A stretch of DNA of 32,000 nt from Desulfocapsa sulfexigens DSM 10523 (GTDB lineage Bacteria > Desulfobacterota > Desulfobulbia > Desulfobulbales > Desulfocapsaceae). Each line of letters opens with the position of its first letter. Within the stretch, counting starts at the first letter, position 1. The notes beneath the pieces are model-generated. The model searched no databases and was not told the DNA's origin. It was given only the letters and a program-made list of their open reading frames with translations. Location: positions 1,740,001 to 1,772,000 of the forward strand of contig NC_020304.1 of the NCBI RefSeq assembly GCF_000341395.1, in the 5' to 3' direction. Below, one piece after another: positions 26,635 to 32,000 of this stretch. The position numbers and the translations under genes are program-made.

Positions 26635-27046
26635 GGTCACGGTGCTGCTGACTGGCTGTTGTGAAGGACTGGATGATGGTGTCGGCCGCAGTTCCGGGGG
26701 TAAAGATTGCATTGAGCCCCTTTTTCAGGAGGATTTCGATATCCTCGTCCGGAATGACACCACCTCCTAAAACCGGGATATCAGCTCCACCCCGGTCCTT
26801 CAATTCCTGGACCACCTGCGGAAAAAGTCGAAGGTGGGCGCCGGACAGTGAAGAGAGACCGACCACATCTACGTCTTCCTGGATGGCAGTGGCGGCAATT
26901 TCTGCTGCTGTTCTGCGGATGCCTGTGTAAATCACTTCGAAGCCTTCATCCCGCAGAGCCCTGGCAATAAATTTGGCGCCTCTGTCATGGCCGTCAAGGC
27001 CGGGTTTTCCGATAAGGACGCGAAAGGGTGTTTGTTCAGTTGTCAT
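26618..27046 (-). CDS. Methylmalonyl-CoA mutase small subunit, cobalamin-binding domain
   Basis: [42 protein letters not shown] carries the DxHxxG B12 motif. The ATG at 27046 forms an ATGA overlap with the upstream gene stop. Confidence 0.9.
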   Translation of the reverse strand: MTTEQTPFRVLIGKPGLDGHDRGAKFIARALRDEGFEVIYTGIRRTAAEIAATAIQEDVDVVGLSSLSGAHLRLFPQVVQELKDRGGADIPVLGGGVIPDEDIEILLKKGLNAIFTPGTAADTIIQSFTTASQQHRDHDTEK

Positions 27047-27393
27047 GATATTTTTAAACCGTTTGCAATTGTTTTGTCCGGAGCGGCCAGAACCACGGAA
27101 CCATTTTCCTGAGAGAATCCGGTAACCAGACATTCTGACATAAAGGGGCCGATCTGTTTGGGAGGAAAGTTGAGAACAGCGATGATCTGTTTTCCAATGA
27201 GCTCCTCCCTGCTGTAGAGATCTGTGATCTGGGCACTTGATTTTCGAGTGCCAATTTCGCTGCCAAAATCAATAAGAAGTTTCCAGGCGGGCTGCCGGGC
27301 TTCGGGAAAGTCATTGACTTCAACAATGGTACCCGTGCGCAGCTCAATTCGCTCAAAATCCTGCCAGTTGATTGTTTCCATGGTTCGTTTCAT
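27043..27393 (-). CDS. CsaA/YgjH-type tRNA-binding-domain protein
   Basis: About 116 aa. [53 protein letters not shown]...[21 protein letters not shown] is the OB-fold tRNA-binding (Trbp111/CsaA) pattern. ATGA overlaps with sucD (27390-27393) and with the B12 subunit (27043-27046). Confidence 0.75.
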   Translation of the reverse strand: MKRTMETINWQDFERIELRTGTIVEVNDFPEARQPAWKLLIDFGSEIGTRKSSAQITDLYSREELIGKQIIAVLNFPPKQIGPFMSECLVTGFSQENGSVVLAAPDKTIANGLKIS

Positions 27394-28271
27394 ATATGCT
27401 CTGTAAAGACTTCCCGGCACAGCCTGCCAAGGTTCCCCAGACTTTCACAGACATGAATGTTGTTGTCGCGCATGGCGGTAAGTTTCGCCTCTGCTGTTCC
27501 TTTGCCTCCACTGACAATGGCTCCGGCATGGCCCATGCGTCTTCCTGGAGGGGCTGTCAGTCCCGCAATGAAGCCAACCACGGGTTTGTTCATGTTGGCG
27601 GCTATCCAGGCAGCAGCGTCTTCTTCTGCGCTGCCGCCAATCTCACCAACCATAACCACTGCCAGTGTTTCAGGGTCATTCTGGAAGGCCGAGAGGCAGT
27701 CGATAAAGTCTGTGCCGTTGATGGGGTCACCGCCAATACCGAGACAGGTAGTCTGACCAAGTCCCTGTTGTGTGAGCTGATGGACAACTTCATAGGTAAG
27801 AGTGCCCGACCGTGAAACCACTCCAACCGGGCCACCCGGGGTGTGGATGGGGCCTGGCATAATGCCGATCTTGCACTCTCCTGGGGTGATGATCCCCGGG
27901 CAGTTGGGGCCGATAAGACGGGTCTTTTTACCCGCCATGCCATTTTTGACCCGGAGCATGTCCATAACCGGAATTCCTTCAGTGATACACACCACCAATT
28001 CAAGTTCTGCATCCACTGCTTCAAGGATGGCTTCTGCAGCAAAGGGAGGAGGGACTACGATCATGGAGGCATTGGCACCGGTGTCACGCCTCGCTGCGGC
28101 CACACTGTTAAAAACGGGAATTCCCTTCAGGTTCTGCCCACCTTTGCCGGGAGTTACTCCAGCAACGATGTTTGTTCCATACAGGCGGCACTGTTCGGTG
28201 TGGAACTGCCCCTCTTTTCCAGTGATTCCCTGGACCAGAACTCTGGTATTTTTATCTACAAATATAGCCAT
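27390..28271 (-). CDS. sucD: Succinyl-CoA synthetase alpha subunit
   Basis: [25 protein letters not shown]...[20 protein letters not shown]...SRSGTLTYE...MGHAGAIV is canonical SucD, including the phosphohistidine loop. Confidence 0.95.
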   Translation of the reverse strand: MAIFVDKNTRVLVQGITGKEGQFHTEQCRLYGTNIVAGVTPGKGGQNLKGIPVFNSVAAARRDTGANASMIVVPPPFAAEAILEAVDAELELVVCITEGIPVMDMLRVKNGMAGKKTRLIGPNCPGIITPGECKIGIMPGPIHTPGGPVGVVSRSGTLTYEVVHQLTQQGLGQTTCLGIGGDPINGTDFIDCLSAFQNDPETLAVVMVGEIGGSAEEDAAAWIAANMNKPVVGFIAGLTAPPGRRMGHAGAIVSGGKGTAEAKLTAMRDNNIHVCESLGNLGRLCREVFTEHI

Positions 28272-28274
28272 TGT

Positions 28275-29429
28275 TTATTCCTTGAATTGAGATTCTAACG
28301 GACTGGTGAGTTGCAGGGGATCTCCTGAGATGATTTCCACGGATGGGGGGACGACCTCTGCCTCGTCCAGTGGCAGGATGGTGGCAGGTTTTGCCTCTCT
28401 ATTCTTCAGATATTCAAGACTATTTTTACAGAAGGCGGTAATGACTCCATCAACTCCCACTGTGAAATAGAAAAATTCCAGTTCTTCATTAAAATTCTGG
28501 ACGAAGGGGACTCTTTTTGCAGTATCTTTTTCAATTGGAAAGGTGAAGATCATGGTTCCAAGCTGCTGGGCATTTTTTACAAAATCATCAAGTAACAGTT
28601 TCCCCTCAGAATCTGCCAGCATATGTTTGGGCAGGCCTATGGCGGCCACGGAACTGGTGAGTGAACGGAGGCCAGATTTAGAAAACATCCAGTCGTAGTT
28701 ATAACTGTTCCACTCTCCCCACTCCTCGGTCATATTTTCCTGTCCTTCATTTGATTCAATGAGTTGCACCAGCTTGACATCCATCCCCATTTCAGGGAGA
28801 AGCTCTTTTTTTATGCGACTGAGCTCGGCGGCATCGTAGGACATTAGAAGAAGAGTGTCGTCAGGGCTACTGTAGCCATATTGCTGAAGGATACGAAGTA
28901 CAGGGCTGCTGAGATCCCTGCCTTCTTTGCGGTGCAGCCAGGTCTGCTTGAGTTCAATGGCAATGCGAGTGTTTTTTTCCAGGCTTTTGTTCAGTGCCTC
29001 GACGAGGGACAATACCTCTTCAAGGGTTGGGATGGTGAGACGTAGCTGCAGGTCTTCGGGAAAACGTCCCGCAGGATCGCGCAGAGTCAGTTGACGAATT
29101 TCTTCAAGAGTAAGGTCGAGGGCGTAAAACTGTCCATCGTCCCGCTTACGATCAGGAAAAATTTCACCAACATTGGTATTATGTTGTATTCTGGGAGAGC
29201 CAGCAACAATAACCTCATTGTCTGCGCTGAGGACTGTGTCAATCTTGACAATATCCGTGTCCATCACTATAGCCATAGCTATTGCCGGCAGGCTGTGTTC
29301 CATGAGGTAGCCGGAAGCTCCACCCTGTGCGATCACAAGCTTGGCTGTCGCGGGTGATGACGGAAAAACAAGGCCAGTGAGGATAAGGAAAAATCCAGAT
29401 CGTTTTAAGAGAAGTAATAGATATCGCAT
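28275..29429 (-). CDS. Secreted GlpQ-like glycerophosphodiester phosphodiesterase homologue lacking the catalytic His/Arg/His residues (predicted pseudoenzyme)
   Basis: Signal peptide MRYLLLLLKRSGFFLILTGLVFPSSPATA. There is clear similarity to E. coli GlpQ as I recall it: FPDRKRDDGQFYALDLTLEEIRQL, YDAAELSRIKKELLPEMGMDVKLVQLI, SYNYDWMF. However, the HRG motif reads QGG, E-x-D reads K-I-D and HD reads AG. Confidence 0.75.
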   Translation of the reverse strand: MRYLLLLLKRSGFFLILTGLVFPSSPATAKLVIAQGGASGYLMEHSLPAIAMAIVMDTDIVKIDTVLSADNEVIVAGSPRIQHNTNVGEIFPDRKRDDGQFYALDLTLEEIRQLTLRDPAGRFPEDLQLRLTIPTLEEVLSLVEALNKSLEKNTRIAIELKQTWLHRKEGRDLSSPVLRILQQYGYSSPDDTLLLMSYDAAELSRIKKELLPEMGMDVKLVQLIESNEGQENMTEEWGEWNSYNYDWMFSKSGLRSLTSSVAAIGLPKHMLADSEGKLLLDDFVKNAQQLGTMIFTFPIEKDTAKRVPFVQNFNEELEFFYFTVGVDGVITAFCKNSLEYLKNREAKPATILPLDEAEVVPPSVEIISGDPLQLTSPLESQFKE

Positions 29430-29432
29430 GGG

Positions 29433-30584
29433 TTATATGGCCGCCAATAATTCTGCGGCGTGATTAAGGTCTTTTGCGTTGCTCAGAGACAGGCCAGATT
29501 CAGCAAGAATTCTTCGCCCTGCTTCCACATTGGTTCCTTCCATACGAACCACAACAGGAAGGGAGAGGCCAATTTTCCTGGCCGCTGCCACAACACCTTC
29601 TGCGAGGATATCACAACGGAGAATACCGCCGAAGATGTTGATAAAAATGCCGCGAATCTTGGGGTCGCTCAGGATAATGCGAAAACCATTCTCTACCATT
29701 TCAGCGCTGGCACCACCTCCGACATCCAGGAAGTTTGCCGGCTCAAGGCCAGCCTGCTTGATCAGGTCCATTGTGGCCATGGCGAGGCCAGCTCCATTGA
29801 CCATACTGCCGATGGTGCCATTCAGTCGGATATAGTTCAAACCGTGACTTGCTGCTGTTGCTTCGAACTCGTCCTCTTCGCTACTGTCATGCATGGCAAG
29901 GATATCGGGATGGCGAAAAAGACTGTTGGAATCAATGTCCATTTTGGCGTCAAGTGCAATCACGGTATTTTCTCCGGTGATAACCAGTGGGTTGATCTCA
30001 ACGAGGGAGCAGTCGCTTTGTATAAACAGGGTAAAGAGTTTTCTGATGATACTGCTAAAGCATTTAGTCACAGCAGGAGCTATTTCAAGACCGAAGATCA
30101 GTTCCCGTATCTGGTAGCCCTGCAGGCCGAGCAGAGGGTTTACGTGCACCGTAATAATGCGCTCCGGAGTTTCTGCTGCCACCGTTTCAATTTCCATTCC
30201 CCCGTCACGACTCGCAATGATAACAATTCCAGAACGGTCACGATCAACGAGTATTGAGAGATAGAGTTCTTTGGCAATATTTACTCCCTGTTCAAAGAGG
30301 ATGGTTTTGACTTCTGTTCCTTCTGCCCCGGTCTGTTTGGTAACAAGCTGCATACCAAGGATTCTTTCCGCAGCTTTTTGCGCTTCGGCAACTGTCCTGG
30401 CAAGAACAACACCCCCCCCCTTGCCACGGCCTCCTGCAAGAATTTGTGCCTTGACTGCGACGGGCATTGTTATTCCTTCCAGAAGAGAGGAGATGTCTTC
30501 TCTGACAGTACAGATTTTTCCTTCAGGAACAGGAATGCCATATGTGCGGAAGAGCTCTTTTGCTTGGTATTCGTGAATTTTCAT
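29433..30584 (-). CDS. sucC: Succinyl-CoA synthetase beta subunit (ATP-grasp)
   Basis: MKIHEYQAKELFRTYGIPVPEG...VKAQILAGGRGKGGGV...NFLDVGGGA...NIFGGILRCD is canonical SucC. Confidence 0.95.
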   Translation of the reverse strand: MKIHEYQAKELFRTYGIPVPEGKICTVREDISSLLEGITMPVAVKAQILAGGRGKGGGVVLARTVAEAQKAAERILGMQLVTKQTGAEGTEVKTILFEQGVNIAKELYLSILVDRDRSGIVIIASRDGGMEIETVAAETPERIITVHVNPLLGLQGYQIRELIFGLEIAPAVTKCFSSIIRKLFTLFIQSDCSLVEINPLVITGENTVIALDAKMDIDSNSLFRHPDILAMHDSSEEDEFEATAASHGLNYIRLNGTIGSMVNGAGLAMATMDLIKQAGLEPANFLDVGGGASAEMVENGFRIILSDPKIRGIFINIFGGILRCDILAEGVVAAARKIGLSLPVVVRMEGTNVEAGRRILAESGLSLSNAKDLNHAAELLAAI

Positions 30585-30621
30585 TTAATTATAAACTCTA
30601 GTATCCAATGGTATGTATCTG

Positions 30622-32000
30622 TTATTGTTTTGGATAACCCATATTCCCCAAGGCCCCGGTGATTTCCTCGAGGCTTGTCGGGTCATCTATGGTAGAGGGC
30701 ATGTTGTATGGCTTGCCATTGGCAATGGAACGCATGGTGCCGCGAAGAATTTTACCTGAGCGTGTTTTTGGAAGTCTCTCCACCATAGTGGTTTCACGGA
30801 GGCAGGCGATGGGGCCAATCTCATTGCGAACCATTTTTACCAGATCGTTCTGGATTTCATCAACCTTACGTTCGACCCCGGCTTTCAGAACAAAAAGGCC
30901 CAGTGGAAGTTGTCCCTTGAGTTGGTCATCGGTCCCGATGACCGCACATTCTGCAACATCAGGGTGGGTGGCAATAACTTCTTCCATGGCCCCGGTGGAT
31001 AGACGATGCCCGGCAATATTAATGACATCATCCATACGGCCCATAACGAAAACATAGCCATCCTTGTCGATGTAGCCACCATCACTGGTCTCGTAGAATC
31101 CGGGGAAGGTTTTCATGTAGGAGGAAATAAAACGCTCTTCATTTCGCCACAGAGCGGCAAGGGTTCCGGGAGGAAGTGGCAGCTTGATAACAATGTTACC
31201 TTCCTCTCCTGCTGGAAGTTCCTTACCGTCGTCGTTAACTATCCGTACATCATAGCCGGGGACGGGTAGGGTGGGGGACCCTGCCTTGACCTCCATCTCT
31301 TCAATGCCACGACAGTTGGCAACAATGGACCAGCCCGTTTCCGTTTGCCACCAGTGATCAATAACGGGTACCTTGAGGAGATCCGACGCCCAGTGGTAGG
31401 TGTCTGGATCAAGACGTTCTCCAGCAAGGTAGAGGGCTTCGAAAGAACTCATGTCGTACTGACCAAGTAAGGAACCGGTGGGGTCCATCTTTTTAATGGC
31501 GCGGAATGCTGTGGGCGCAGTGAAAAGTACTTTCACCTTATGCTCTGAAATAACCCGCCAAAAGGCACCGGCATCGGGGGTTCCAATGGGCTTTCCTTCA
31601 TAGATAATGGTGGTGGCACCCTTGAGCAGTGGTCCGTAAATAATGTAAGAATGGCCTACCACCCAGCCAACATCTGACGCTGACCAGAAGACATCGCCGG
31701 TTTCAATATTATAGATGTTTTTCATGGACCAGTGAATGGCGACGGCATGGCCTCCATTATCACGCATTACACCCTTTGGCATTCCAGTGGTGCCAGAGGT
31801 GTAGAGGATATAGAGCGGGTCTGTTGCAGCGACAGCGACACAGTCAGCGGGCTCACTTGTGGCTGTGAGTTCCTGCCAGTCCAGGTCTCTTCCTTCCTGC
31901 ATCTCGGCAGTGATGATGTCGCGCTGAAAAACAATACATTTTTCCGGTTTATGGTCGGACTGTTCAATAGCTCTATCCACCAATGGTTTGTAGGCGATTA
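30622..32000 (-). CDS. prpE: Short-chain acyl-CoA synthetase, PrpE-like (propionate-CoA ligase / Acs family). The N-terminus lies beyond the window.
   Basis: AMP-binding motif YILYTSGTTGMPKGV, then HWWQTETGW (GW as in PrpE/ACSS3-type rather than GG as in Acs), then LPKTRSGKILRGTMRSIANG...STIDDP. The reading frame stays open to the right-hand window edge. Confidence 0.7.
   Translation of the reverse strand, partial: IAYKPLVDRAIEQSDHKPEKCIVFQRDIITAEMQEGRDLDWQELTATSEPADCVAVAATDPLYILYTSGTTGMPKGVMRDNGGHAVAIHWSMKNIYNIETGDVFWSASDVGWVVGHSYIIYGPLLKGATTIIYEGKPIGTPDAGAFWRVISEHKVKVLFTAPTAFRAIKKMDPTGSLLGQYDMSSFEALYLAGERLDPDTYHWASDLLKVPVIDHWWQTETGWSIVANCRGIEEMEVKAGSPTLPVPGYDVRIVNDDGKELPAGEEGNIVIKLPLPPGTLAALWRNEERFISSYMKTFPGFYETSDGGYIDKDGYVFVMGRMDDVINIAGHRLSTGAMEEVIATHPDVAECAVIGTDDQLKGQLPLGLFVLKAGVERKVDEIQNDLVKMVRNEIGPIACLRETTMVERLPKTRSGKILRGTMRSIANGKPYNMPSTIDDPTSLEEITGALGNMGYPKQ

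Noticed and set aside
26635-27133. Long N-terminal extensions of the meaB (to 26712) and B12-subunit (to 27133) track ORFs
   Set aside because: The extensions overlap the preceding genes extensively and have composition-biased sequences (Pro/Ser-rich, Gly/Arg-rich). Internal ATGs at 26634 and 27046 give family-typical N-termini, and the latter forms an ATGA coupling with the upstream stop.

Overview
This is a densely coding 32-kb chromosomal window. Its gene content (Na+-pumping decarboxylase, B12 mutase) suggests an anaerobe, possibly Desulfobacterota-like, but that is only a guess. I found no rRNA, tRNA, CRISPR array, integrase or transposase. LEFT (1-7466): a Cache-HAMP-PAS-HisKA_3 sensor kinase (-) is broken by a 1-nt frameshift in a homopolymer. 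It is divergent from pstSCAB (+). Then come a small cupin (-), a 177-bp MITE-like palindromic element with terminal inverted repeats and a target-site-like duplication, and ung (+). CENTRE (7476-17411, all -): a tightly packed 7-gene cassette holds DarA-like, DarB-like KAS III, an orphan, a BtrH-like enzyme, an ABC ATPase, an ABC-2 permease and an ACP. It looks like a dialkylresorcinol-type lipid pathway with unusual extra parts. It is followed by a truncated second copy of the palindromic element, a PreP-like M16C peptidase, dtd and a decayed outer-membrane-protein gene. RIGHT (17589-32000, all -): 15 co-directional, mostly translationally coupled genes encode a complete methylmalonyl-CoA pathway (prpE-like ligase, sucC, sucD, split B12 mutase with MeaB, epimerase, four-subunit Na+-translocating methylmalonyl-CoA decarboxylase). 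Four unexpected genes are embedded in it. A secreted GlpQ homologue lacking its catalytic residues is wedged between sucC and sucD. A CsaA-type tRNA-binding-domain protein lies between sucD and the mutase. An MBL-fold hydrolase and a Cache-GGDEF diguanylate cyclase are coupled to the decarboxylase genes. The best candidates for something undescribed are the Dar/BtrH/ABC cassette and these extra genes in the methylmalonyl-CoA operon. All family assignments come from motif recognition by eye and need profile searches to confirm.
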